A stretch of DNA of 64,000 nt from an uncultured Actinomycetota bacterium (GTDB taxonomy: Bacteria > Actinomycetota > Actinomycetes > Propionibacteriales > Nocardioidaceae). The position numbers and the translations under genes are program-made. The stretch covers positions 78,317-142,316 of the forward strand of contig CAWEMA010000007.1 of the NCBI GenBank assembly GCA_963810035.1, in the 5' to 3' direction. Below are positions 17,221 through 27,916 of the stretch, one piece after another. The number at the start of each line of letters is the position of its first letter. The stretch's first letter is position 1. The notes beneath the pieces were generated by a model. The model was not told the origin of the DNA. It ran no database searches and saw nothing but the letters and a program-made list of their open reading frames with translations.

Positions 17221-18705
17221 GTGTCACAGCTCTACATCGGGGGGCGATGGGAGACGGCTCGCGAGGGCGAGCGTCGGGAGATCCGCTGCCCTGCGGACGG
17301 CTCGTTGGTGGCCGACATCGACGAGGCCGGCCCCGAGGACACCCGCGCGGCGATCGGCGCCGCCCGCGAGGCGTTCGACGAGGGGACCTGGCCCGGCGGT
17401 TCGGCGCTCGAGCGGGGCGCCCTGCTGCACCGGGTCGCGGACCTGCTCGAGCGTGACAAGGACGCCGTCGCGCGTGCGGAGTCCCTCGACACGGGCAAGC
17501 GGCTCGTCGAGAGCGAGTACGACGTCGACGACGTGGTCGGGGTCTTCCGGCACTACGGCAACGTCGCGGCCGAGGACAAGGGTCGCCTCGTCGACACCGG
17601 GCGCGCCGACGTGGTCAGCCGGGTGGTGCACGAGCCGATCGGGGTCTGCGGGCTGATCACGCCGTGGAACTACCCGCTGCTGCAGACCGCCTGGAAGGTC
17701 GCGCCGTGCCTGGCCGCCGGCAACACCTTCGTGCTCAAGCCGAGCGAGCTGACCCCGCACACCGCGATCCACCTGATGCGCATCCTCGAGGAGGTCGGGG
17801 TCCCTGCCGGGGTCGCGAACCTCGTGCTCGGGGCCGGGCCGCGTGCCGGTGCGCTGCTCAGCGAGGACCCCCGCGTGGACCTGGTCTCGTTCACCGGTGG
17901 CCTCGCCACCGGCAAGCGGATCATGGCGTCCGCGTCCGAGACGGTGAAGAAGATCGCCCTCGAGCTCGGCGGCAAGAACCCCAACGTGGTGTTCGCCGAC
18001 GCCGACCTCGAGACCGCGCTGGACTTCGCGCTCACCGCCGTGTTCCTGCACTCCGGCCAGGTGTGCTCCGCGGGTGCCCGGCTGGTCGTCGAGGAGTCCG
18101 TCCACGACGAGTTCGTGGACGAGGTGGTGCGCCGCGCCGAGCAGATCCGCATCGGCGGGCCGTTCGACGAGAAGGCGGAGACCGGTCCGCTGATCTCCGC
18201 GCAGCACCGCGACAAGGTCGAGGAGTACGTCGCCCGCGGGATCGCCGAGGGCGCGACGCTGCGCTGCGGCGGGAGGCGTCCCGACGCCCCGGAGCTGGCC
18301 GACGGGTTCTACTACCTGCCCACGCTGCTCGACGGCTGCGACGGCACCATGTCCGTCGTGCACGACGAGTCGTTCGGCCCGGTGCTGACCGTCGAGACGT
18401 TCCGCGACGAGGACGAGGCGGTGCGGATCGCCAACGACAGCATCTACGGCCTCGCCGGAGCGGTGTGGACCCAGAACGCCGGACGGGCCGAGCGGGTCGC
18501 GGCCCGGATGCGGATGGGCACGGTCTGGATCAACGACTACCACCCCTACGTCCCGCAGGCGGAGTGGGGCGGCTACAAGCAGTCCGGCGTCGGCCGGGAG
18601 CTCGGTGCCGCGGGGCTCGACGAGTACCGCGAGACCAAGCACGTATGGCACAACATCCGGCCTGAGCCGCAACGCTGGTTCGACGGTTCTCCTAAGAGTC
18701 AGTGA
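17221..18705 (+). CDS. betB: Betaine aldehyde dehydrogenase
   Basis: [54 protein letters not shown]; directly upstream of betA. Confidence 0.88.
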   Translation: MSQLYIGGRWETAREGERREIRCPADGSLVADIDEAGPEDTRAAIGAAREAFDEGTWPGGSALERGALLHRVADLLERDKDAVARAESLDTGKRLVESEYDVDDVVGVFRHYGNVAAEDKGRLVDTGRADVVSRVVHEPIGVCGLITPWNYPLLQTAWKVAPCLAAGNTFVLKPSELTPHTAIHLMRILEEVGVPAGVANLVLGAGPRAGALLSEDPRVDLVSFTGGLATGKRIMASASETVKKIALELGGKNPNVVFADADLETALDFALTAVFLHSGQVCSAGARLVVEESVHDEFVDEVVRRAEQIRIGGPFDEKAETGPLISAQHRDKVEEYVARGIAEGATLRCGGRRPDAPELADGFYYLPTLLDGCDGTMSVVHDESFGPVLTVETFRDEDEAVRIANDSIYGLAGAVWTQNAGRAERVAARMRMGTVWINDYHPYVPQAEWGGYKQSGVGRELGAAGLDEYRETKHVWHNIRPEPQRWFDGSPKSQ

Positions 18706-18719
18706 CGAAGGGCGAGGAC

Positions 18720-20417
18720 ATGAGCACGTACGACTACGTCATCGTCGGCGGAGGCTCCGCCGGATGTGCCCTCGCCAACCGGCTCAGTGCCGACCCGGGC
18801 ACCAGCGTGCTGGTGCTGGAGGCCGGGCGCTCGGACTACCGGATCGACCCGTTCATCCATATGCCGGCCGCGCTGCCCTACCCGATCGGCAACCGGTTCT
18901 ACGACTGGAAGTACGAGTCCGAGCCGGAGCCGTTCATGGACGGCCGCAAGGTCTACCACGCGCGCGGCAAGGTGCTCGGCGGCTCCAGCAGCATCAACGG
19001 GATGATCTTCCAGCGCGGCAACCCGCTGGACTTCGAGCGCTGGGCCGCCGACGAGGGCATGAGCTCGTGGGACTACGCGCACTGCCTGCCCTACTTCAAG
19101 CGGATGGAGACCTGCCTGGCCGGCGCCGACGAGTGGCGCGGGGGCAGTGGACCCCTGCTCATGGAGCGTGGACCGGCCGTCGGACCGCTGTTCGGCGCGT
19201 TCTTCGAGGCCGTGCAGCAGGCCGGCTACCCGCTGACCACCGACGTCAACGGCTACCGGCAGGAGGGCTTCGCGCCCTTCGACCGCAACGTCTACCGGGG
19301 GCGCCGGCTGAGCGCGGCACGGGCCTACCTGCATCCGGTCCACGACCGCAAGAACCTCAGCGTCGAGACGCTGGCGATGGTGACCGGCCTCGTGGTCCAG
19401 GGCAACCGGGTCACCGGCGTCGACTACCACCGGGCCGGACGCGGGTCGCACCGCGCCCTGGCCACGGAGGTCATCCTCTGCGGGGGCGCGATCAACAGCC
19501 CCCAGCTGCTGCTGCTCGCCGGCATCGGCCCGAAGGCCGACCTCGAGAAGCTCGGCATCGACGTGGTGACGGACCTGCCGGGCGTGGGCAGCAACCTGCA
19601 GGACCACCTCGAGGTCTACATCCAGTACGCCTCCAAGCAGCCGGTCTCGATCGGGCCGTGGCTCAAGCACCGGCACAAGCCGCGCATCGGCGCCGAGTGG
19701 CTGCTCCTACGCCGCGGCGTGGGGGCCTCGAACCACTTCGAGGCCGGGGGGTTCGTCCGCAGCAACGACCGGGTGGACTACCCGAACCTGATGTTCCACT
19801 TCCTGCCGATCGCGATCCGGTACGACGGCTCGCGGCCGGCTGCCGAGCACGGGTACCAGGTGCACATCGGGCCGATGTACTCCGACGTACGGGGGAGCGT
19901 GACGCTGAAGTCGCGGGACCCCTACGAGCACCCGGCGCTGCGGTTCAACTACCTCTCGACCGAGAACGACCGCCGGGAGTGGATCGAGATGGTCCGCGCC
20001 GCCCGCGACATCCTCAACCAGCCCGCGTTCGCCGTGTTCAACGCCGGGGAGATCTCGCCCGGACCGTCCGTCGAGACCGACCAGGAGATCCTCGACTGGG
20101 TCGCCGCCGACGCCGAGACCGCCCTGCACCCGTCCTGCACGGCCCGCATGGGCGTGGACGACATGTCAGTCCTCGACCCGCAGACGCTGCGGGTGCACGG
20201 GGTGGACGGGTTGCGCGTCGTGGACGCGTCCTCGATGCCGTACATCACCAACGGCAACATCTACGCCCCGGTGATGATGCTCGCCGAGAAGGCCGCCGAC
20301 CTGATCCTGGGCAACACCCCGTTGCCGCCCTCGGACGCGCCGTTCTACCGCTATCGGGACAACAGCCCGATCTACCCGCCGACCCCGGCGGCGACCAGCC
20401 CAGGAGGCCACCGATGA
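18720..20417 (+). CDS. betA: Choline dehydrogenase (GMC oxidoreductase)
   Basis: [52 protein letters not shown]. Confidence 0.93.
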   Translation: MSTYDYVIVGGGSAGCALANRLSADPGTSVLVLEAGRSDYRIDPFIHMPAALPYPIGNRFYDWKYESEPEPFMDGRKVYHARGKVLGGSSSINGMIFQRGNPLDFERWAADEGMSSWDYAHCLPYFKRMETCLAGADEWRGGSGPLLMERGPAVGPLFGAFFEAVQQAGYPLTTDVNGYRQEGFAPFDRNVYRGRRLSAARAYLHPVHDRKNLSVETLAMVTGLVVQGNRVTGVDYHRAGRGSHRALATEVILCGGAINSPQLLLLAGIGPKADLEKLGIDVVTDLPGVGSNLQDHLEVYIQYASKQPVSIGPWLKHRHKPRIGAEWLLLRRGVGASNHFEAGGFVRSNDRVDYPNLMFHFLPIAIRYDGSRPAAEHGYQVHIGPMYSDVRGSVTLKSRDPYEHPALRFNYLSTENDRREWIEMVRAARDILNQPAFAVFNAGEISPGPSVETDQEILDWVAADAETALHPSCTARMGVDDMSVLDPQTLRVHGVDGLRVVDASSMPYITNGNIYAPVMMLAEKAADLILGNTPLPPSDAPFYRYRDNSPIYPPTPAATSPGGHR

Positions 20418-21487
20418 CACAGACCGAGGAGCAGTCGGGGTTCACCGCGACCGCCGGCGAGGCAGCCGTGTCCGTGAAGGACCTCTGGAAGATCTTCGGG
20501 GAGAAGGCCGACAAGATCATCGGTACGCCGGACGCCGACCTGTCCCGCGCGGACCTGCAGAAGAAGACCGGCTGCGTCACCGCGGTCAAGGACGTGTCGT
20601 TCGACGTGGCGCCCGGTGAGGTGTTCGTCGTGATGGGGCTCTCCGGGTCCGGCAAGTCCACCCTGGTCCGCCTGCTCACCCGGCTCATCGAGCCCACCCA
20701 CGGCACGATCCGGATGGGCAGCGAGGAGATCACCTCCGCCAACGAGCACCAGCTCCGCGAGCTGCGCCGCAAGCACGTGGCGATGGTGTTCCAGCACTTC
20801 GGCCTCCTCCCGCACCGCAAGGTGATCGACAACATCGCGTTCGGCCTCGAGGTGCGGGGCGTCGGCAAGGCCGACCGGCGCAACCGGGCCCAGGAGATGG
20901 TCGACCTGGTCGGCCTGTCCGGCTACGAGGACAGCTACCCCGACCAGCTCTCCGGCGGCATGCAGCAGCGGGTCGGCCTGGCCCGCGCGCTCGCCGCCGA
21001 TCCGAAGGTGCTGATGTTCGACGAGCCGTTCTCGGCGCTCGACCCGCTGATCCGCCGGGACATGCAGAACGAGGTGATCCGGCTGCACGAGGAGGTCGGG
21101 AAGACCATGGTCTTCATCACCCACGACCTCGCCGAGGCACTCAAGCTCGGTGACCGGATCCTGATCATGCGGGACGGCGAGATCGTCCAGATCGGCCGGC
21201 CCGACGAGGTGGTCGGCGCGCCCGCCGACGACTACGTCAAGGACTTCGTGAGCGAGGTGCCCAAGTCGCACGTGCTCACGCTCCGGTGGGTGATGCGCCC
21301 TCCGGAGCCGGGCGAGGCCGAGGGCGGTCCGGTGCTCCAGGCGGACCGGATCGTGCGCGAGGCCGCCCGCGAGGTGCTCGAGGCCAAGGGGCCGGTGCGG
21401 GTGTTCGAGGGTGACGAGTTCGTCGGCATCGTCGACGACGAGGACATCCTGCGCGTGGTCGTGGCGGAGGAGGAGTCGGCGCCGTGA
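20414..21487 (+). CDS. Glycine betaine/choline ABC importer ATPase (ProV/OpuAA-like)
   Basis: [47 protein letters not shown]. Confidence 0.93.
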   Translation: MTQTEEQSGFTATAGEAAVSVKDLWKIFGEKADKIIGTPDADLSRADLQKKTGCVTAVKDVSFDVAPGEVFVVMGLSGSGKSTLVRLLTRLIEPTHGTIRMGSEEITSANEHQLRELRRKHVAMVFQHFGLLPHRKVIDNIAFGLEVRGVGKADRRNRAQEMVDLVGLSGYEDSYPDQLSGGMQQRVGLARALAADPKVLMFDEPFSALDPLIRRDMQNEVIRLHEEVGKTMVFITHDLAEALKLGDRILIMRDGEIVQIGRPDEVVGAPADDYVKDFVSEVPKSHVLTLRWVMRPPEPGEAEGGPVLQADRIVREAAREVLEAKGPVRVFEGDEFVGIVDDEDILRVVVAEEESAP

Positions 21488-23481
21488 CCGCCGTACAGGA
21501 ACGACCCAAGGTCAAGGAGGAGCAGCCGTACGTCGACACCGCCCCCAACCGGCGCACGGGGCTGTGGGTCGGTGTCGTGCTGGTGGTGTGGATCGTCGGG
21601 TGGGCGCTGCTCAAGGGGCGCAACACCCTGGCGCTGGGCTTCCAGGACCAGACCGACTTCCACCGCTGGCTCAACGGGCTGCGTGACGACATCCAGCTCG
21701 CCGCCAGCCGCGGCAACTGGTTCTTCCATGGTGTCATCGGCACCATCTCGGACTTCTTCAACTGGCTGGTCACCCAGCTCCAGCAGCTGGTCAGCGTCCC
21801 CGCCTTCCCCCGGCCGGTCCCGGAGATCGGCTGGCTCGGCGTCGTCGCGCTGCTGATCTGGCTGGCCTACGCCGTGGCCGGGTGGCGCTCCGCGTTCATG
21901 ATGGGCACGACCGTCCTCGTCTTCGGGTTCCTGGGCTACTGGGAGGAGGGCATGGACACGCTGATCATCACCACGCTCGCGGTCCTCATCTGTGTGGTGG
22001 TCGGCCTTCCGCTCGGCATCTCCATGGCACGCCGCAAACCCGTGTCGGCGGGCGTGACGCCCGTCCTGGACGTGATGCAGACGATGCCGTCGTTCGCCTA
22101 CCTCACGCCCCTCGCGCTGATCTTCGGCATCGGCCCGGCGGCGGCGATCGTGGTCACCCTCATCTACGCGCTGCCCCCGCTGGTGCGGATCACCGAGCAC
22201 GGCATCCACTCGGTCCCCGAAGGCACCATCGAGGCCGCCAGCTCGCTCGGTGTCAGCCAACGGCAGCTGCTGCGCAAGGTGCAGCTCCCGATGGCCCGCC
22301 GCACGATCGTGGTCGGCATCAACCAGTGCACGATGGCTGCCCTCTCGATGGCGACCATCGCCGTCCTGGTCAACGGCCCCGGTCTCGGCAAGCCGGTCCA
22401 GGCGGCGCTGCAGAACCTCGACGTCGGCACCGCGGCGGTGGCCGGCCTCGCGATCGTGCTGGTCGCGATCATGCTCGACCGGACCACCACCGCCGCCAGC
22501 GAGCGGGTGGAGCGGCAGACGCGCAAGGGCCACCTGTCCGAGAAGCAGCGCCGGTACGTCGTGCTCGGCGGCTTCGTCGGTGCCCTGGTCGCGGTCTACC
22601 TGTCCCGCACCTACCTCGGGCTGGCCCAGTTCTCCGAGAGCCTGAACGTCGGACCCCAGCTGGCGAAGGGCCTCAACGGCTTCACGGACTCCACCGTCAA
22701 CGTCGTCGACGGTGCGACCAACGCCTTCAAGAACGCGGTGAGCTACGGCTTCCTGAACCCGTTGCAGTCGCTGCTGGCCGAGACGCCCTGGTGGCTGATG
22801 GGTGCGGTACTGCTCGCCCTCGCCTACGTGCTCGGCGGCTGGCGCCCCGCCGCCGTGACCCTGGTCTGTGAGGGCGTGATCCTCGGCACCGGCCTGTGGC
22901 ACGACTCGATGGTCACGCTCACCATGACCATCGTCGCCACCGTGCTCGTGATGGTGGTGGCGGTGGCGCTCGGGGTCTCGATGGGCCGAAGGCACCGGGT
23001 CGACTCGATCGTCCGGCCGGTCCTGGACGCGTTCCAGACGATCCCGCCGTTCGTCTACCTCGTCCCGGCGCTGGCGCTGTTCGCCAGCAGCCGCTTCACC
23101 GCGATCGTCGCGGCGATGGCCTACGCCATCCCGATCGCGACCAAGCTCGTGGCCGACGGCATCCGGGGCGTGTCGCCCACGACGGTCGAGGCGGCGGAGT
23201 CGGCGGGCATCACCGCCCGGCAGATGATCACCAAGGTGCAGCTGCCGATGTCGCGCGAGGCGCTCGTGCTGGCCACCAACCAGGGGCTGCTGTACGTCCT
23301 TTCGATGGTCGTCATCGGCGGTCTCGTCGGCGCCGGCAGCCTGGGCTACATCGTGGTCTCCGGGTTCTCGCAGTCGCAGCTGTTCGGCAAGGGGCTGGCC
23401 GCCGGCATCGCGATCACCGCGCTCGGCGTGATGATCGACCGCACCATGAGGTACGCCGCCGCGCGCTACGGGAGGTCCTAG
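21484..23481 (+). CDS. ABC importer permease with two fused ProW-like domains
   Basis: Two repeats: [13 protein letters not shown] and [13 protein letters not shown], each with an EAA-like loop ([16 protein letters not shown]). Confidence 0.9.
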   Translation: MTAVQERPKVKEEQPYVDTAPNRRTGLWVGVVLVVWIVGWALLKGRNTLALGFQDQTDFHRWLNGLRDDIQLAASRGNWFFHGVIGTISDFFNWLVTQLQQLVSVPAFPRPVPEIGWLGVVALLIWLAYAVAGWRSAFMMGTTVLVFGFLGYWEEGMDTLIITTLAVLICVVVGLPLGISMARRKPVSAGVTPVLDVMQTMPSFAYLTPLALIFGIGPAAAIVVTLIYALPPLVRITEHGIHSVPEGTIEAASSLGVSQRQLLRKVQLPMARRTIVVGINQCTMAALSMATIAVLVNGPGLGKPVQAALQNLDVGTAAVAGLAIVLVAIMLDRTTTAASERVERQTRKGHLSEKQRRYVVLGGFVGALVAVYLSRTYLGLAQFSESLNVGPQLAKGLNGFTDSTVNVVDGATNAFKNAVSYGFLNPLQSLLAETPWWLMGAVLLALAYVLGGWRPAAVTLVCEGVILGTGLWHDSMVTLTMTIVATVLVMVVAVALGVSMGRRHRVDSIVRPVLDAFQTIPPFVYLVPALALFASSRFTAIVAAMAYAIPIATKLVADGIRGVSPTTVEAAESAGITARQMITKVQLPMSREALVLATNQGLLYVLSMVVIGGLVGAGSLGYIVVSGFSQSQLFGKGLAAGIAITALGVMIDRTMRYAAARYGRS

Positions 23482-23531
23482 CGCACACGACTTCTTGGCT
23501 CAGGGGAGCCGAGGTGATGAAGGGATGACGC

Positions 23532-24497
23532 ATGGCACGAGGAACTCGCCGGCTCCGGCTGGCCTGTCTCGCCGCTACCGCTGCGCTGGTACTGGCGGGG
23601 TGCGGCGGGGGCAACATCAAGGAGTCCAACACCTCTGCCGCGGGGGGCAAGGACTGCGGCGACCTGAACGTCGCGGTGAACCCGTGGACGGGCTACGTGG
23701 CCAACGCGCACGTCATCGGGTACGTCGCCCAGACCAAGCTCGGCTGCAAGGTGAACTACCAGGACGTGAAGGAGGAGGTCGGCTGGCAGGGCATGTCCAA
23801 CGGCACGATCGACACCATCGTCGAGAACTGGGGTCACCCTGACCTGGTCAAGAAGTACATCGACCAGCAGAAGACCGTCCAGGACGCCGGCCTGACCGGT
23901 AACGACGGGATCATCGGCTGGTACGTGCCGCCGTGGATGGCGAAGAAGTACCCCGACATCACCGACTGGAAGAACCTGAACAAGTACGCCTCGATGTTCA
24001 AGACCTCCGAGTCCGGCGGCAAGGGGCAGCTCCTCGACGGCGACCCGTCGTACGTCACCAACGACGAGGCACTGGTGAAGAACCTGAAGCTGAACTACAA
24101 GGTCGTCACCGGTGGCAGCGAGGCCGCCCTGATCCAGAGCTTCCGGACCGCTGAGAAGAACCACAAGGCGCTCCTGGCCTACTTCTATGAGCCGCAGTGG
24201 TTCTTCTCGGAGGTGAAGCTGGTCAAGGTCGACCTGCCGCCGTACAAGCCGGGTTGTGACTCCGACCCGGCGAAGGTCGCCTGCGACTACCCGCCGTACA
24301 AGCTGAACAAGCTGATCGCCAAGAAGTTCGCCGACTCCGGCTCCCCGGCGGTCGGGCTGGTCAAGAAGTTCAACTGGACCAACGACGACCAGAACCTGGT
24401 GTCCACCGACATCGCCGAGAAGGGCATGAGCCCCGACGACGCGGCGAAGAAGTGGGTCGAGGCCAACCCGGACAAGGTCAACGCCTGGCTGAACTAG
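23532..24497 (+). CDS. Quaternary-amine ABC substrate-binding lipoprotein
   Basis: Lipobox LAGC; NPWTG, ENW, GWYVP, YFYEPQW (candidate aromatic-cage residues). Confidence 0.9.
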   Translation: MARGTRRLRLACLAATAALVLAGCGGGNIKESNTSAAGGKDCGDLNVAVNPWTGYVANAHVIGYVAQTKLGCKVNYQDVKEEVGWQGMSNGTIDTIVENWGHPDLVKKYIDQQKTVQDAGLTGNDGIIGWYVPPWMAKKYPDITDWKNLNKYASMFKTSESGGKGQLLDGDPSYVTNDEALVKNLKLNYKVVTGGSEAALIQSFRTAEKNHKALLAYFYEPQWFFSEVKLVKVDLPPYKPGCDSDPAKVACDYPPYKLNKLIAKKFADSGSPAVGLVKKFNWTNDDQNLVSTDIAEKGMSPDDAAKKWVEANPDKVNAWLN

Positions 24498-24534
24498 CCG
24501 TCCGGACCATGACGATCTCCCTCGTCGTGCCTGG

Positions 24535-24608
24535 TTGACAGGCGCGGCGGGGGAGTCGCATGCTGAAGGCCTGTCTCATATAGCGCACCACAGTGCGTAA
24601 TACGCAAC
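24535..24608 (+). promoter_or_regulatory. Promoter (TTGACA-N18-CATGCT) and tandem operator pair upstream of the GcvT-family oxidoreductase
   Basis: GTCTCATATAGCGCACC (24573-24589) and AGTGCGTAATACGCAAC (24592-24608). Confidence 0.75.
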
Positions 24609-24629
24609 AACTGTCTGAGGGAGCCTGCT

Positions 24630-27146
24630 ATGGCCTCGGTCCCGCCCACCGCCCGCGTCGTCGTGATCGGCGCCGGCATCGTCGGCAACAGCCTCGTCCA
24701 CCACCTGGCCCGGCTGGGCTGGCGGGACATCGTGCAGATCGACAAGGGTGCGCTGCCGAACCCGGGCGGCTCGACCGGGCACGCGTCGAACTTCATCTTC
24801 CCGGTGGACCACTCCCGGGAGATCACGGACCTGACCCTGGACAGCATGAAGCAGTACAAGGAGATGGGCGTCTTCACCGAGTCCGGCGGCTTCGAGGTCG
24901 CCCGCACCGAGGAGCGCATGGAGGAGCTGCGCCGGCGGATGTCCTCGGCGAAGGCCTGGGGCATCGAGTCGCACCTGGTCACCCCCGCGGAGGTCACCGC
25001 GAAGGTGCCGTTCCTCGACGCCGACCAGATCATCGGCGCGTTCTGGACCCCGTCGGTCGGTGTGGTCGACTCGCTGCGCGCGGGCACGATCATGCGGGAG
25101 CGCGCGCTCGAGTCGGGTGCGCTCACCGTCGTACCCACCGTCGAGGTGATCGGCCTCGACGTCGAGGCCGGCGCGATCAAGCGGGTCCGCACCACGGGTG
25201 GCGACATCGAGGCCGAGACCGTCGTCATCGCGTGCGGGGTGTGGAGCCCGAAGCTGGCGAAGATGGCAGGCGCGCACATCCCGCTCACCCCGGCCGTGCA
25301 CCAGATGATCAGCGTCGGCCCGTGCCCGCAGCTGGCCGAGCGGGAGGGTGAGATCTCCTTCCCGATCATCCGGGACATGGACACGCTCTGCTACGAGCGG
25401 CAGCACGGCGCGGACATGGAGGTCGGCTCCTACGCGCACCGCGCGATCCTGCACGACGCCGAGGACATCCCCTCGATCGAGCAGGCCAAGCTCTCGCCGA
25501 CCGAGATGCCGTTCACCTCCGAGGACTTCGACCCGCAGCTCGAGCAGGCCTACGAGCTGATGCCGGACCTGCTCGGTGCCGAGGGCGCCGAGATCCGCTA
25601 CGCGATCAACGGCCTGCTGTCGCTGACCCCCGACGGCGCGCCGATCCTCGGTGAGACGCCCGAGGTGAAGGGGCTGTGGTCCGCTGCGGCCGTCTGGGTC
25701 AAGGAGGGCCCGGGCGTGGGGCGTGCGGTCGCCGAGTGGATGACCGACGGGCTGCCGGAGGTCGACCTCAGCCACTCCGACATCGCGCGGTTCTACCCGC
25801 ACCAGCGCACCCGCGCGCACATCAAGGCCCGCACCGGCGAGGCGTTCATCAAGACCTACGGCATCGTCCACCCCGGCGAGCAGTACCTGTCCGACCGCGA
25901 CAAGCGGCTCGCTCCGATGCACGCCTCGCAGCAGGAGCTCGGCGCGAGCTTCGTCGAGGCGGTGGGCTGGGAGCGGCCGCTCTGGTACGAGTCCAACGCC
26001 GGCCTGCTCGAGGAGTACGGCGACCGCGTGATGCCGCGTGAGCACGAGTGGGACGCGCGCTGGTGGTCGCCGATCATCAACGCCGAGCACCTCGCGATGC
26101 GCGACCGGGCCGGCATCATCGACCTGTCCGCCTTCGCGATCTTCGACGTGGTCGGTCCCGGCGCACTCGGGGCGGTGCAGAGGGTCTGCGTCTCCCAGTG
26201 CGACGTCGCCGTCGGCCGGGTCGTCTACACCCCGGTGCTCGACGAGCGGGGCGGCTTCCGCTCCGACCTGACCGTGATGCGGCTCGCGCACGACCGGTTC
26301 CGGGTGGTCACCGGTGGCGCGCACGGCATGGTGGACCGCAAGTGGTTCGCCGACCGGATGCCCCAGGACGGCACGGCGCAGGTCGTCGACCTCACCTCGG
26401 CGTACACCACCATCGGCCTGTGGGGCCCCAAGGCGCGCGACATCCTCGGCGAGCTCACCCGCGACGACATCAGCCACGAGGGCTTCGGCTTCGGCACCTG
26501 CCGCGACATCGAGACCGGCTCGCTGTCCGTGCTCGCCTCCCGGATCTCCTACGTCGGCGAGCTCGGCTGGGAGCTGCACGTCCCGATCGAGCAGGGCGCC
26601 CGGCTCTGGTCGATGCTGCACGAGGCCGGCTCGTCGTACGGCGCGGTGCCGGTCGGCATCGGCGTCTACGGCACCACCGGGCGCATCGAGAAGGGCTACC
26701 GGGCCTTCGGGTTCGAGCTCGACTCGGAGCGGACCGTCGTGGAGGCCGGCATGCAGCGGCCCAAGGTCAAGGCGGCGGACTTCGTCGGCCGGGAGGCCTA
26801 TCTCAAGCAGCGCGTCGAGGACCCGAAGTCGGTGCTCTGCACGCTGACCGTCGAGGACCACACGTCGAAGTCGGGCACCAAGCGCTACATGCTCGGTGGT
26901 GAGCCGATCTTGACGTCGAGCGGTGGCGAGCTGGTCGACGACCACGGCCACCGGCCCTACGTCACCAGCGCCGGCTCCGCGCCGTCCCTCGGCAAGCACG
27001 TGCTGATGGCCTACCTGCCGCCGTCCGAGGCGACGGTGGGCAACGAGCTCGCCGTGTCCTACATGGAGGAGCTCTACCCGGTGAGGGTCGGCTCCGCCGA
27101 CAGCACCGGGCTCTTCGACCCGAGCAACGAGCGGATCAAGTCATGA
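24630..27146 (+). CDS. Dimethylglycine oxidase/dehydrogenase-like flavoprotein (DAO + GcvT THF-binding domains)
   Basis: VIGAGIVG, GGSTGHA (candidate covalent-FAD His), VHQM and CYERQ, GWERP, DLSAF, SYVGELGWE, RIEKGY; 838 aa. Confidence 0.85.
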   Translation: MASVPPTARVVVIGAGIVGNSLVHHLARLGWRDIVQIDKGALPNPGGSTGHASNFIFPVDHSREITDLTLDSMKQYKEMGVFTESGGFEVARTEERMEELRRRMSSAKAWGIESHLVTPAEVTAKVPFLDADQIIGAFWTPSVGVVDSLRAGTIMRERALESGALTVVPTVEVIGLDVEAGAIKRVRTTGGDIEAETVVIACGVWSPKLAKMAGAHIPLTPAVHQMISVGPCPQLAEREGEISFPIIRDMDTLCYERQHGADMEVGSYAHRAILHDAEDIPSIEQAKLSPTEMPFTSEDFDPQLEQAYELMPDLLGAEGAEIRYAINGLLSLTPDGAPILGETPEVKGLWSAAAVWVKEGPGVGRAVAEWMTDGLPEVDLSHSDIARFYPHQRTRAHIKARTGEAFIKTYGIVHPGEQYLSDRDKRLAPMHASQQELGASFVEAVGWERPLWYESNAGLLEEYGDRVMPREHEWDARWWSPIINAEHLAMRDRAGIIDLSAFAIFDVVGPGALGAVQRVCVSQCDVAVGRVVYTPVLDERGGFRSDLTVMRLAHDRFRVVTGGAHGMVDRKWFADRMPQDGTAQVVDLTSAYTTIGLWGPKARDILGELTRDDISHEGFGFGTCRDIETGSLSVLASRISYVGELGWELHVPIEQGARLWSMLHEAGSSYGAVPVGIGVYGTTGRIEKGYRAFGFELDSERTVVEAGMQRPKVKAADFVGREAYLKQRVEDPKSVLCTLTVEDHTSKSGTKRYMLGGEPILTSSGGELVDDHGHRPYVTSAGSAPSLGKHVLMAYLPPSEATVGNELAVSYMEELYPVRVGSADSTGLFDPSNERIKS

Positions 27147-27916
27147 GCAACGTCCTGGTGTGCATCAAGCGGGTGCCCGACCTCGGTGGCGAGATCAGCC
27201 TCACCGCCGACGGCATGTCCGTGGACGACTCCAGCCTGGGTCACACGGTCAGCCCGCACGAGGAGTGCGCGGTCGAGCTGGCGATCCAGGTCGCCAAGGA
27301 CACCGACGGCCAGGCCACGGTGCTCACGCTCGGGTCTTCGGACGCCGTGGAGCAGCTGCGCAACGCGCTCGCGCTCGGGTGCACCGGTGCCGTGCTGGTC
27401 GAGGCCGACGCCGCGGCGTACGGTCCGGCCGACGTCGCCGCGGCGATCGCCGACGTGGTCCGCGCGCACGAGGCGGCGGGCACGACGTACGACCTGGTCC
27501 TGCTGGGCAACGACGCGTCGGACACCGGCGACTTCCAGGTCGGCATCCGGCTGTCCTACGTGCTCGACCGGCCGGTGGTGGCCGGCGTCTCGATGCTGTC
27601 CGTGCAGGGTGACCGGGTCGCCGCGCGCGGCCAGGCTCCCGACGGTGGCACGGAGCTCTTCGACGTGCCCCTGCCTGCCGTGCTGACCGTGATGGAGGGC
27701 GGCATCGAGCCGCGCTACCCCTCGATCCCCGGCCGGATGAAGGCCAAGAAGGTCGCGATCGAGCAGGTCGCGCCCAGCCACGAGCCCGCCGGCTCGGGTC
27801 GCGTCCGGCTCAAGCTGCCGCCGCCCCAGCCCAGCCAGGTATCCATCCTGGGCGAAGGCCCCGAGGCGGCCGGTGCGGTCGTCGACCTGCTCGAGAAGCT
27901 CGGAGTGACGCGATGA
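27143..27916 (+). CDS. etfB: Electron transfer flavoprotein beta subunit
   Basis: VLVCIKRVPD, ECAVELA, DLVLLGNDASDTGDFQVG, PRYPS; ATGA-coupled to the upstream gene. Confidence 0.92.
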   Translation: MSNVLVCIKRVPDLGGEISLTADGMSVDDSSLGHTVSPHEECAVELAIQVAKDTDGQATVLTLGSSDAVEQLRNALALGCTGAVLVEADAAAYGPADVAAAIADVVRAHEAAGTTYDLVLLGNDASDTGDFQVGIRLSYVLDRPVVAGVSMLSVQGDRVAARGQAPDGGTELFDVPLPAVLTVMEGGIEPRYPSIPGRMKAKKVAIEQVAPSHEPAGSGRVRLKLPPPQPSQVSILGEGPEAAGAVVDLLEKLGVTR

